Positions 39,900 through 53,450 of a stretch of 64,000 nucleotides of DNA are shown here, piece by piece. Source of the DNA: Eledone cirrhosa. Lineage: Eukaryota. The stretch is from NCBI GenBank assembly GCA_964016885.1, contig OZ024740.1, positions 356,066,001 to 356,130,000 of the forward strand, in the 5' to 3' direction. The translations under genes and the position numbers were made by a program. Position 1 is the first letter of the stretch. Each line of letters begins with the position of its first letter. The notes beneath the pieces were generated by a model. The model was not told the DNA's origin. It searched no databases and saw nothing but the letters and a program-made list of their open reading frames with translations.

Positions 39900-40185
39900 T
39901 GTGGTGTGTGTGTCCCATAACTCCTGATAGAGTCATAGGGGCACTGTATTGGCTTACAGCGTTTCTTGGGCATTTTAAAGCCTGGCAGAGCCCATCTCAC
40001 TCCAGGCAGATTTGTTCCAGAGAAAGATACAAAGTGAGAGAGAGGAAATAAGAAAGAGATATAGAGGAACAATCGACCCAGTAGTAGACTGGTACTTTTT
40101 TTATTGACCTCAAAATGAGGAAAAGCAAAGTTGACCTCAGCGGGATTTGAACTCAGAGAGCAGAGAGCTGGAATGAATAACATGA
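39900..40185 (-). mobile_element. SINE family-B-related element with alternative tail
   Basis: Reverse complement of 6487-6731. Confidence 0.65.
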
Positions 40186-40253
<68 letters not shown>

Positions 40254-40292
40254 GTATATATATATATATAATGTATATATATATATATATAT

Positions 40293-40545
40293 ATATTGTT
40301 ATGCTTTGAGAGGGTCATGTTGCCAATAAGAAACATACGCACCAGTTGCTTTCACTTCAATTTATTATAAATTAAGGAATTTATAAATTTCCGGTTGAAC
40401 ATTCGTGTGATTGTGGAACCAACCAACCAACCGGAAATTTATAAATTCCTTAATTTATAAATTTAATTTATAATAAATTGAAGTGAAAGCAATTGGTGCG
40501 TGTGTTTCTTATTGGCAACATGACCCTCCCAAAGCATAACAATAT
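40293..40545. repeat. ~105-bp-arm palindrome homologous to 33571-33660
   Basis: attgttatgctttgagagggtcatgttgccaataagaaac...ccggttg pairs with caaccgg...gtttcttattggcaacatgaccctcccaaagcataacaat. Confidence 0.9.
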
Positions 40546-40601
40546 CGGTTTCAACACACGTTTTCAGATAAAGAATCTTGCTAAACAAATTCAGAAACGA
40601 A

Positions 40602-40636
<35 letters not shown>

Positions 40637-40736
40637 CATAAATACATATATATATATATAAAAGTAGCGAAGCAAGCGGTTATTAAACAATTTTCTAAAT
40701 AAATTAAAAAATGATTAAATAATCACCTGTTCAGAC

Positions 40737-40817
40737 GCTGTTACCGACGGTTTCATCATTCCGAAAGATTGAAAATCCAACGAATTTCCAATGGAAAGAA
40801 ATGAATCTTCAGACAGC
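40737..40817 (-). ncRNA. Type-I hammerhead ribozyme motif (left arm)
   Basis: Reverse complement of the 41026-41106 motif. Confidence 0.7.
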
Positions 40818-41025
40818 CCTATTTCCATGCCATAAGGTATCAAGCCTAATAGCAAGTAAATATTATGCTAATTTTAGTGGCAATTCGACATGTTTATAAT
40901 ATGCCGCTTTTATCAGCGACCTGATTATGCATGTGTGTCATTTTAACGGCTTGACCGCATGCGTTGGGCAGGGAGCATAATATTTACTTGCTATTAGGCT
41001 TGATACCTTATGGCGTGGAAATAGG

Positions 41026-41106
41026 GCTGTCTGAAGATTCATTTCTTTCCATTGGAAATTCGTTGGATTTTCGATCTTTCGGAATGATGAAACCGTCGGT
41101 AACAGC
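41026..41106 (+). ncRNA. Type-I hammerhead ribozyme motif (right arm)
   Basis: gctgt-CTGAAGA-t-tcatttc(...)ggaatga-t-GAAA-cc(gtc)gg-TA-acagc. Perfect 5-bp stem I; predicted cleavage after 41101. Confidence 0.7.
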
Positions 41107-41285
41107 ATCTGAACAGGTGATTATTTAATCATTTTTTAATTTATTTAGAAAATTATTTAATAACCGCTTGCTTCGCTACTTTTATATTGTTCTGGTATCT
41201 CGAATTAGTGCCATTGAACCACATGTATTATAAATAACTTGAATATTTCTACAAGTACATTGTACCTGTTGAAGTATCCATCCAC

Positions 41286-42468
<1,183 letters not shown>

Positions 42469-43293
42469 TTAGCCGCTAAAGGGTTCTCTCTAAAAATGAA
42501 ATGCAGGCTGTATGATGCCTGCATACGAACAGCAATGTTACATGGCAGTGAGACCTGGGCATTGTGTGCAGAGGATATACGCAGACTGGAGAGGAACGAA
42601 GCTTGCATGCTCCACTGGATGTGTAATAGTAATATACGTGAACGGCAAAGCATAAACAAACTAAGGGAAAAATTAGAAATAAGAGGGATCAGATGTTGTT
42701 TACTCGAGAGAAGACTACATTCGTATGGTCACGTGATGCGCATGAAAGACGACAGCTGTATAAAATATTGCAGGGCAATAAAAATAGACGGTAGCCACGG
42801 AGTAGGCAGACCCAGAAAAACCTGGGACGACTTGATAAATTCCGACCTCACACACTTACACCTCTCCAAGACAATGTCACTGGACCGAGATCTTTGGTGC
42901 TACACAGTAATACAGAAGACCCGCCTTACCTAAGTACAAAGTGAAACCTACTACAGTCAGTAGGCACCTCTAACAAAAATACACCCCGTCCCACTACCCC
43001 CACCCCTTTCAATGTAAAGTTATATTGGTACCACAACATCCAGTCCGAAACAAATGAGGTCGTGTACGTGTCACGACAAAAAACACACAGTCCACACTGT
43101 AATGTGGCCGTGTAGGTAATACGGTAAAACCTCCCAGTCCACACTGTAAACGTGGTTGGTGTTAGGAAGGGCATCCAGCCGTAGAAAACCCGCCAGACAG
43201 TCCTATGCGAGCAAGACAACCACTCTTGCTTCAAGTGGGAAAACTCCCATCCAAACTCATGCAAGCGTGGAAGATGGACGTTAAACGATGATG

Positions 43294-43295
<2 letters not shown>
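42469..43295 (+). mobile_element. RTE LINE 3' fragment (subfamily 2) inside (TA)n
   Basis: [30 protein letters not shown]...GRPRKTWDD, 3' UTR and (GAT)n tail. Confidence 0.92.
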
Positions 43296-43369
<74 letters not shown>

Positions 43370-44167
43370 GTATATATACATATATATTTATGTATATTTC
43401 AGAAACGTAATATATATATATATATATTTTTTTTTTTCAGAATATATATGTATATATATATATTTATTTAAAGGTTAAACAAGGTTCAATGAATAAATCA
43501 AAGAATGAGTTTTACAATAGATTGAAAGCACTCAACAGTATGGTTTTCCGGAATTATTAATATTAATTCAAAATATTAACAAAATAGATATTCTTGTGAT
43601 TAAGTATATTTTATTATACATATTTCAGAGGTACCGAGTTATATATACACGCGAAAAGTCAGGAAAAAACACTAAATAAACGGGTTTTAATTTTTGACGT
43701 CTCTTATCAACTGTGTACCTAAAACGATATAACAGATTATAAAACTTTAATAATGTTTTATTTTCTATTCATTTATGATAGAATTAATGTTAGACTAAAG
43801 GGTCCTGTTTAGGTATATAAACATATTATTTGTTAACATGTTCTCTTGATGAATATGCACATCTTTGGATTATTTTAGATATATATAATTTAGATTGGGA
43901 TCCTTATATATTTGTTTTTGTTTTAAATATATAATTTGGATATATAACTTATAAGATTACTGGTTATAATTAACAGTTATTACAAATCATTCATGCATTT
44001 ATATATTTTACTCATTTTGAGTATGTTTTAGGATTCAGAAAGTTAGATTTGTACATTTTTATTTTTTATATATATTTAGGTATAAATGTCACAAATGATA
44101 CTAGTCGACAAATATTGGTCTTTCTTTCCACTGTACTGGATGTAAAACTACAATTATAACATTACTA

Positions 44168-44334
44168 ATAATTGTTTCTACTTTTGGCACAAGTGCATTA
44201 CTGGTACTTTATTTTATCGACCCCGTAAGGAGGAAAGGCAAAGTCAACCTGGGCGGGATTTGAACTCAGATTGTAAAGGGACGTAACTATACTGGAAAGC
44301 ATGGCGTCGACCCTCTACTGATACTGCCAATCCA
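44168..44334 (-). mobile_element. SINE family B
   Basis: Reverse complement of the consensus; inserted in the AT-rich element. Confidence 0.85.
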
Positions 44335-45947
44335 ATAATGATTGTAATTATTTATTTATTATATGTATATTGTTTCACTAATACCTATAATACTCTCTCT
44401 ATATATTTGAACAAATCTGTTTATCTAATATAATAACATGCTCCTAGTTACTTTTATAAGTAATTTGGATACTTAAATGACTCTCTATTGTTATAATTGT
44501 TAGATATTTTCTTAATGTTCTAAATTATATAACGATTATTACTTAATTTAATTTAATTTAATTTAATTTAATTAAATTTGGATTACCTTCGGGTCATTGA
44601 AATCCTTAGCTCCTCTTTCTATCATCTTCGTGGACACTTTAGGAGTGTTGTTAGTCTACTATATAAATCTTAAAAAGCTCTCTTGTATTTTTAAACTATA
44701 TTTTTTGATATTGGGCACTTTTATGATCGCAAACAATTCATTATTTTTACTTTTTCACTTTTTATTTTGAATCTAGTCCTTATCCTTAGGATTCATGAAG
44801 TTTTGACTTGTATATTTATAGTATATATCTATTAAATGATCCTATTATAATAATTGATCTAAAACATTAATTTTAACAATTTTATCAGTAACTTATTTAT
44901 TGTATTGTATTATGTTATGTCTAATTGAGAGGTATTATCTTAATCTTTAGACAATATAATTTTTGTGTATTTTTTTGATAAACGCATATATATAATTTAA
45001 TAATTAAACTTTTTTAAGTTTAATTATAAGACCTGTTGATCCTTTAGGCATTCAAATTGTTAATCTTAAAATTCTTTAAAAACTATAACTGTAATTATAT
45101 TCTAAATTATATAATGTAAACTATTTTCAATATAATATAAATAATTTAATATTATATAATAAATTTAGTAAAGTGAGGATGTAAAGACATGATGTTTTCT
45201 TTCTCATGTTTGTAAATCCTTTAAATTTGATTTCATAAAATTTGATTTCATAAATTAAATATGATAGTATACTTTAATATTAATACATATATTTAGTAAC
45301 TTTTATAACCTAAAATATTATTCATTACTCTGAACTAACTTAAATTAAATGATTTGAATGTTAACGGTCAACCATATATGTTTGGATATATATTGTATAT
45401 ATAGATAATTATCTAAAGACCTATTATTAACCTTCATATGAATACACCCAATTATATTTAAAATTTTAAATTTCGATTGATGAATACCTTTAGATAATTC
45501 AATAATTCAATGAATTGAGTTTTTTCTTTTTCCTAAAGCTAAGCCCAAATGTTGTTCTATATAGAAATATACAATTAATATCTCCCTATATATTACACTA
45601 TAAAAATTATTCCTCTTTATCTCTCTCTCTGTAATCAACTCTCTTTTGCTTTCTATGCTCTTACTAGCTATATTATCCCATCATCTGTTTTTTTCTCTAT
45701 GCCTTTCTTTTCTTTTCTTTCCTCTTTCTTCAGTAATTTAAATTATTTGAATCTCTTAACAGTTATATTGCTGCTATATATTCTTTAAGCTTTCTCACAC
45801 GCATCCTCTCTATTATATGTATTATATGTAGGTTTTTTTTCATGTTTCAATATTAAGGTATATAATTATTGAGTTTTGTCATATATTACTCACTACCATG
45901 ACTGAATTTTAACCATCTACTATGTCAGGGTATGTCATGCATCATCT

Positions 45948-46014
45948 TATTTTATCTGATGAGGACGTACTGTTGAAGTTAACTCAGTACCTCTGAAATA
46001 TGTATAATAAAATA
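45948..46014 (+). ncRNA. Type-I hammerhead ribozyme motif
   Basis: tattttat-CTGATGA-ggacgtactg(...)cagtacctct-GAAA-tatgta-TA-ataaaata; perfect 8-bp stem I. Confidence 0.75.
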
Positions 46015-46067
46015 TACTTGATCACAAGAATATCTATTTTGTTAATATTTTGAATTAATATATATAT

Positions 46068-46097
<30 letters not shown>

Positions 46098-46098
<1 letters not shown>

Positions 46099-46325
46099 CT
46101 AAGGCGTGTAAAATTCCCAAGATCCATGGACGAGTTCTCTCCAGCGGTCTCTGTCCCTCATTATCGCTGCCATATCCTGCATCTCCAACAGACCAGTGTC
46201 TGTCCTTAGGGCATCAACATATGTCAACCTTGGTCTTCCTCTTCTAGTGTGTCCATGTAGGGGCTCCCAAAGGAGCACTGAGTGCAATGTCAACTCTGGA
46301 TGTCGGTGAGCATGTCCAGCCAACC
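46098..46325 (-). mobile_element. 3' ORF fragment of a different RTE-clade LINE
   Basis: [10 protein letters not shown]...[28 protein letters not shown]...MRDRDRWR. Confidence 0.8.
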
Positions 46326-46391
46326 TCAGTCTCCTCTATATATAACCCATGCTGAACGAAGATAATGATGATGATGATGATGATATATATA

Positions 46392-46430
<39 letters not shown>

Positions 46431-46463
46431 GTGTGTATATATATGTGTGTGTGTGTGCTTATA

Positions 46464-46568
<105 letters not shown>

Positions 46569-46839
46569 GTGTGTATATATATATGTGTGTGTGCTTATAT
46601 ATATATAGTGATACTTACATATGTGTTGTGACTTGTTGATTTGGTTTATTCAGATAATCCATTTTTGATTAGGTAAATAATTCTTAAATCATCAAAAAAT
46701 TGATACTAAGCTTAAACAATTTGGTCAATTCCCTGTTACTTGTTAATTCTTTATTAATTATAAGATTATGAAACTGTCTCTCACAAACTGTTGGATTTTA
46801 CTGCTAAGTACCTTTTAGCACAAACACACACATACACTC

Positions 46840-46874
<35 letters not shown>

Positions 46875-48841
46875 AGAATGGGGATGTATAAGTGTTATTA
46901 AGTCGCTCCCTCCTCTCTTTCTCTTTATATATATATATACATACACAAATTCCCACTGTCACATACTTATTTCTATCAGCCCATCATTTCCTGGTACGTA
47001 AACAAAGCTAGCACAATAGTGTTATTAAGTTAGCAGGATATATATATATATCCTATCATATTAACACTTAAATGATGTAATAGAATCTACAGCAATTATA
47101 ATTCTTCATCAGTATAATTATGGTATGCATGAAAGGACTCTTCAGCCTGGAGGATCATGTGACAACATCTCTAGTGTTGGTAGCATGATAAATCATATCC
47201 AGTCCACTCTGTAAAGTGGTAGTGAAAGTGCCACAAAAAATAAACCTAGTACATCCAGTAAGGTCGTTGGTGTTAGGAAGGGCATGGAATTTATGAGCAA
47301 GATAAGGTCCTTCAGACTCATCCGGTTTCAAAGAGTAACATCCTGTCAAATCCAGGGAAATGGACATAAGAATGATGGGGAACAGATTTTCTATTGAACA
47401 GTGAATCTTTATCATAATAAAAAAGTATGAGTTAGTGACAGGTAGGGCATCTCACCGTAGAAATACACTTGGTTAAATTGTAAGTGGTACAAGTGTCAGG
47501 GATTAGGAGACTCATTTGACCAGCAGGATTTACTTTACCTTTCGTCCTTCAGTGGTGGATAAAATATCAGTTAAATATTGGGTGAATGTAATCAATTCGG
47601 ACCCACCTCCTACAATAAATTTGTGTCCTTGTGCTTCAGTTAAACATCATCACTATTAATGTCTATTTTCCATGGTTGGGTGGCTTCGTTTGTTTGTATG
47701 GTCCTTTTTTGGCTTTGTTTCTACAGTTAGAAGCCCTTCTTATTGCCAATCACTTTACAGTGTGTACTGAGTGTAGTTTATCATGACTCCAGCACTACAA
47801 CCTTACAGGGTGGACTAGGTTATTTTTGTCTTGGCACTAGCACTATCACCTTACAGAGCAAATTGAGTGCCTTTTGTCATGGCACCAGCACAACCAACTT
47901 ACGGGGTGAGTAAAATAAGTTACTAACACACGGGGTGAGTAAAAATTATAACTGCTAAGTTACTAACATTTTCATTTCTTTATTAAATTTTTCCATATTT
48001 TGTTTCAAGGAATAATAAAGTTTCAAGGATTGTTAATGTCTCAAGATTATTGGCTGAAAATCTGTGAACTTTGGAGCTTATAAGTGCAGCTTTCTGGAAG
48101 AAGTCTAGATTTTGCATTAAAAAGTACATTTTTGTTGAATTCATTGTATTATATTTTTTCTAATATTGGATAGTTGATAGACAAGATCATTTAAGCATTA
48201 GACAAAATGCTTTATGACATTCAATCTAGTCATTGGATGAGGTTAACTTTACCTTTCATCCTTTCAAGGTCGATAAAATAAAGTACCTGTCAAGTAACAA
48301 GGCCGATATAGTCAACTCTCCTCCCCTACTAAATTGCTCATATTATGCCTGAATTAAAAAACATTATATTTAATCTATTATCTTTTTTTATAGATATATT
48401 TATGACAATTTGAATATATATTTCTTATTTTAATATTTGTAATTACATTTTCACAATAAATGTGATTACATTTTTCCATATATTTAATAAAATTTTCAAC
48501 AATTCAAATTTATTAGAATACATTCAATCCAAGGTCGACTTTGCTTCAAATAGAAAAAGTTTCCTTCTCCTGTACTACACCTTCCCTCTCTTATCTTCTG
48601 TGTACAGTTTGAATCCTTTAGATGATATTCAGGCATCAAATTATGTAGAAGATAAATGTACATATGAAATGATATATGTAAATATAAGGGGATACATTTC
48701 CAGCAGTTATTCACTCTTCAGTTCCATTTCCCCCCTCCTCCCATTCTCATTCTCCTGTTCTATCTTTTAGCTGTTTTTTCTTTCAGTTTCCTTTATTTAT
48801 TTTTTTTTTGTATCTTGATATTATTCCAACACACACATATA

Positions 48842-48895
<54 letters not shown>

Positions 48896-49404
48896 CATGC
48901 ACACATTGCCACATATCATATATAAATATAATAATTAAAATATACTCACACACACACACAGAGACGTGTGTCTGCAGATAAAACTTATATGCATACATAG
49001 AGACATGAAGATACATATGCAAATGTACACACACACATAAACACAAACATACAAACATACATACAAATAATCATGCATATATATTCACAACCTTGTACAG
49101 CACTTACAATTTAATATGCACGGATATATTCAAGCATGAGTACACATCCACACATGCTTAAACACACATATACACTCATTTGTTCACATGCAAATACATA
49201 AACAGAAACAAGAAATAAATATAATGATTCTTATGTCTGTTTAATGATGAGTATCTAAAAACTACATACACCTTGTAAATTAATATAAGTTGCTGAGTAG
49301 TCCAGATGCATTTGTAACCCGAAACATAATCCATACTCAGGTAGAATCAACATCACAGCTTCTGATAATGCTTGCCTTTTGAATTACAGGTAAAATCCAT
49401 CTAA

Positions 49405-49880
49405 TAGACTTCTGCACTGTTCATCAGCTAGCTTGGTCTTGGCATTATCTCTTCATATATTTTCCAGACACCTAGCATAGACTTTACCAAGGAGGTTTAA
49501 CAAGGAGATTCTTCTATAATTAGAACAATCTCTCTTGTTTCACTTTTTGGAAATTGTGATTATCTTTCCCAATTGCCATTGCTTTTTTGCTTTTGAGAGA
49601 TCTAAGCAACACGGCACACATAAGTTAGCCAGAGCATACCATCTCGAGGCTTTTTACAAGATTAGGCCAAATCTCATCCTCTCTAGAAGCTTTGCCACAT
49701 TTGAGCACAGCTCTAGTGACCTCAGCTTCTCAGAAGTTAGTCTTCACCCCTAGAATCATCTTGTGTACACCAGAATATGTTGTTGTGACTGGATTTAGGG
49801 GATCAGCAAAGTATCCTTTCTGCTTCACAAGGATGCACTTCTCTTCAGAGAAAAGGACCCCAGACAATTCTCTGATAACA
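49405..49880 (-). mobile_element. Decayed RTE/Expander-like RT fragment
   Basis: Minus-strand frames give EAEVTRAVLKCGKAS.EDEI, GMLWLT.VC.VA and RDCSNYRRISLLNLLGKVYARCLE. Confidence 0.75.
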
Positions 49881-50505
49881 AGCATGGAGAAAGACTGTTT
49901 ATCATGAAGTCAGCAGATAGTCAGCCCGAATACTATATTTGCCCCAATGAAACATGATGTAGCTAATTTTGAAGAACTCATTAGAGTCATGCCAATATGA
50001 ATAATGTGTGTGTGGACTTGTAACTCCTTATGGAGATGTAGGATCTCCATTGTGACATACAGCATGTATTGGATACTTTAAATCTGGTAGAGCTCATCCC
50101 TTTTCCAGGTCTCAACATAGCCAGCTTCTTCCATAGACAGAGAGATAGAGATTTAGAGATAGGTAGGTAATTAGATAGAGAGATAGATAGATAACGTCCT
50201 AATGACTCTGCCAATACACTGTTTAATATCAATAATATGAATGTAGTAATGGTTATAAAACAAAGAAAACTTCTCGTCTAGATATTGGATACTGTTTTAC
50301 ATTGTTGAAGTAGGTAGAAACCTCATACAGTTAATAGCTTTTTTGTCTCTACTGCTACCTTAATAAATACTCCAACAGAAATACAAAATGTCTGTGTACA
50401 TAAAACATTGCCAAGACTAAAGTTTTAGATATATAGTCTATTTCTTGATACAACATTTCCCAGTCATTTTCAGCTTTAATATATATATATACAAATATAT
50501 ATATA

Positions 50506-52488
50506 TCATCATCATCATCATCACCGTTTTACGTCCGTTCTTCCACGCTAGCATGGGTTAGACGGGTTGTCCTGTTGTGGGCAGTGTCTGGTCGGCTGAC
50601 CATGCCTTGCTCATACAGGAACTGATCTGGCTTGATTTCTACAGCTGGATGCCCTTCCTAACACCAACCTCATTTACAGTGAGTGCTGGGTGCTTTTTCG
50701 TGGCGCCTACACGTCCACTTTACAGTGTGGGCTGGGTGCTTTTTTGCCGTGGCACCTCCACGACCACCTTGCGGTGGGGGGGGGGCATATTGTTTATATG
50801 CTTCAGCATGTACCCATGGGAGGTCGGGTACCCTGTATTACTGCGTGACGCCAGAAGTCACGGTCGTGTGTCATTGACTTTGAGAGGTGTAGTTGGGTAA
50901 GGTCGGCTTTTATCACCTCATCCCAAGTCATCTTGGGTCTCCCCACTCCGCGGTTTCCATCAACTTCTAGTGCTCTGCACCTTTTTATGCAGCTGTCATC
51001 CTTCATACGCATCACATGTCCATACCAGCGTAACCGCCTCTCCTGCACGCAGCATTTGATTCCTCTTATGCTCAGTCTCTCTCTCAATTCATTTATGCTT
51101 TGTCGTTCACGTATATTACTGTTACACATCCATCGGAGCATGCAGGCTTCGTTTCTCTCTAATCTACGTAAGTCTTCCACCTTCAGCGCCCAGGTCTCAC
51201 TACCATGCAACATCGCTGTTCGGATACACGCATCATACAGTCTGCCTTTCATTCTGAGGGAGAAGCCTTTTGCAGCTAGCAGTGGTAGTAGTTCCCTAAA
51301 CTTCTTCCATCCCGTTCTTACCCTAGTTATTGTACTTTCTGAGCACCCACCTCCGTTGCTAATTCGGTCACCTAGGTAGCAGAAGCTGTCTACTGTTTCT
51401 ACAGGGCCCTCCCAGAGATTGGTGGTACTTGTTTCCTGTGGCTGTTTGCTTGCTGTTTCAGCACAGCTGCTGCATGTGAATCCTACATTCTTAATTAAGC
51501 TTCCTGAGATCCCGCTACATCTCTTGTGTACCCATTGTTTGCATTTGGGGCAAAGAATGGAGTTCCTACCTACACCTTTCCTACATACTGAGCAAGGCCA
51601 TTTCCCTGAGGGGATCTGGGTTCTGTTTTCTCGTCTACTTATAAGGACCTTAGTCTTTGTCATGTTGACTTTGAGGCCCTTTCTCTCTAGTCCTTGCTTC
51701 CAGGTTTGGAATTTATTCTCTAGTTCTACCATAGATTCAGCTATGAGTGCGAGGTCATCAGCATACAGGAGTTCCCATGGGCATCCGGTCTTAAACTCCT
51801 CCATTATTACCTGCAGGACTATGATGAACAGGAGAGGGCTAAGAACAGAGCCCTGGTGGACCCCAACCTGTACGCTAAATTCCTCGCTATACTCATTGCC
51901 AATCCTAACTTTGCTGACTGCTCCCCTATACATGGCTTGTACCGCTTTCACAAGCCATTCATCTACTCCTAGTTTTCTAAGAGCCCACCAGATTACTGCA
52001 CGTGGAACTCTGTCAAAGGCTTTCTCAAGGTCGACAAATGCCAAGTAGAGTGGCTTACTTTTAGCTAGGTACTTTTCCTGTAATTGCCTCACAAGGAAGA
52101 GCGCATCAGTGGTGCCTTTCCCTGGTACAAACCCAAATTGCATCTCGTCTATATTCACCCGGTCCCTAATCAGCTGTGCTATAACTCTTTCTGTTACTTT
52201 CATGACCTGGTCCATCAACTTTATACCTCTATAGTTTCCTCTATCTAGTGCATCGCCTTTACCTTTGTAGCAGTTGACAATGATGCTACTGCACCAATCT
52301 TTTGGTATGGCCCCCTCTAGTATTACCTGGTTAACAATACGTGTGGTTATAGTGTGACCTACAGACCCAGATGCCTTCAGCATCTCGGCAGCTATACCCG
52401 ATGGACCGGTTGCCTTCCCTATCTTCATATCTCTGATTGCCTTACTTACTACGCTGCCGCTGACTTGTACTGCTGGTCCCTCTATAGG

Positions 52489-52492
<4 letters not shown>
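50506..52492 (-). mobile_element. Young 5'-truncated RTE-clade LINE flanked by (TA)n
   Basis: Uninterrupted RT ORF, 3' UTR and (GAT)n tail. Homology runs in-frame (DPIEGPAVQVSGSVVSKAIRD) right up to the TA tract. Confidence 0.97.
50803..52428 (-). CDS. RTE retrotransposon reverse transcriptase (N-terminally truncated, no endonuclease) with internal PHD-type zinc finger
   Basis: 541-aa ORF: GKATGPSGIAAEMLK, NYRGIKL, QFGF, FVDLEKAFDRVPR, GVHQGSVLSPLLF, LLYADDLAL, C4HC3 motif, FCYLG, RRLRWYGHVMRM. Confidence 0.9.
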   Translation of the reverse strand: MKIGKATGPSGIAAEMLKASGSVGHTITTRIVNQVILEGAIPKDWCSSIIVNCYKGKGDALDRGNYRGIKLMDQVMKVTERVIAQLIRDRVNIDEMQFGFVPGKGTTDALFLVRQLQEKYLAKSKPLYLAFVDLEKAFDRVPRAVIWWALRKLGVDEWLVKAVQAMYRGAVSKVRIGNEYSEEFSVQVGVHQGSVLSPLLFIIVLQVIMEEFKTGCPWELLYADDLALIAESMVELENKFQTWKQGLERKGLKVNMTKTKVLISRRENRTQIPSGKWPCSVCRKGVGRNSILCPKCKQWVHKRCSGISGSLIKNVGFTCSSCAETASKQPQETSTTNLWEGPVETVDSFCYLGDRISNGGGCSESTITRVRTGWKKFRELLPLLAAKGFSLRMKGRLYDACIRTAMLHGSETWALKVEDLRRLERNEACMLRWMCNSNIRERQSINELRERLSIRGIKCCVQERRLRWYGHVMRMKDDSCIKRCRALEVDGNRGVGRPKMTWDEVIKADLTQLHLSKSMTHDRDFWRHAVIQGTRPPMGTC

Positions 52493-52529
<37 letters not shown>

Positions 52530-52652
52530 CTCATAATTATTTTACTGTTTAGACTTTCTTTTGGAAGTGTTTGTAAACAATAAAAATGGACAGTGCTTAG
52601 TCTGAAGTGTTGTTTACTTCTTAATTGTTGGTTCACTGTGGGGAAGAGTCAA

Positions 52653-52707
<55 letters not shown>

Positions 52708-52835
52708 TACAGAGACACACCCACATATATATATATATGTAATCACATACACACAAATACTCATATATATATTTATAAAAGCACATCATCCTCATCACTA
52801 ACACTTTATCTGTTTTATATATATATATAGATAGT

Positions 52836-53450
52836 CGCTGAGATGCTAAAAGCATCAGAAGTAGGAGCTGAACAAATAACCCATATAGTCAATCAGGTAA
52901 TACAGGACAGTGTCACACTCAATGACTTGTGCAGCAGTACAATTGTAAATTGCTACATGGGAAAAGGTGATGCTCTAGAAAGGAGCAATTACAGAGGATT
53001 AAAACTAATAGACCTAGTTATGAAAGTGATAAAGAGTTCTAGTACAACAAATTAGGGAAAGAGCCAACTTACTTAGACAAGATGCAGTTCAGTTTTGTGC
53101 CTGGGAGAAGTATTACAGATGCCCTCTTTTTAGTGAGGCAGCTACAAGAGAATTTCCTAGCCAAGAATAATCCACTGCATTTAGGTTCTGTTGATCTAGA
53201 AAAGGCCTTTGACAGAGTACCTAGATCTGTCATCTTGTGGTCCTTAAGAAAATTAGGTACAGAAGAATAGCTTATAAGAGCAGTGCAAGCCATGAAGAGA
53301 AGAGCTATCAGTAAAATGAGTGTAAGCAAGGAGTTTAGTGAGGAATTCAAGGACTGGTAGGAGTGCATCAGGTTTCAGTTCTCACTCCACATCTGTTTAT
53401 TATAGTTCTTCAGGCTATAATAGAGGAATTCATGACAGATTGTCCATGCT
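52836..53450 (+). mobile_element. Older decayed RTE RT fragment, head-to-head with the young copy
   Basis: AEMLKAS, GKGDALERSNYRGLKL and VDLEKAFDRVPRS motifs with frameshifts. Confidence 0.85.

Larger units (their letters stand above)
40657..41186. mobile_element. Inverted-repeat element (~213-bp arms) with a hammerhead motif in each arm; Penelope-like/retrozyme-like non-autonomous element
   Basis: Arms 40657-40869 and 40974-41186 are reverse complements with few mismatches; the left side abuts (TA)n. Confidence 0.75.
43561..46060 (+). mobile_element. Putative Penelope-like element remnant: very AT-rich 2.5-kb unit with a 3' hammerhead and an inverted truncated copy of its 3' end
   Basis: 43561-43641 is the reverse complement of 45980-46060; hammerhead at 45948-46014; no recognisable ORF. 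Confidence 0.55.

Noticed and set aside
49930-49975. Hammerhead-like agc-ccgaata...gaaa-catgatg-ta-gct
   Set aside because: The core deviates at essential positions, there is no stem II, and it abuts decayed RT coding sequence.
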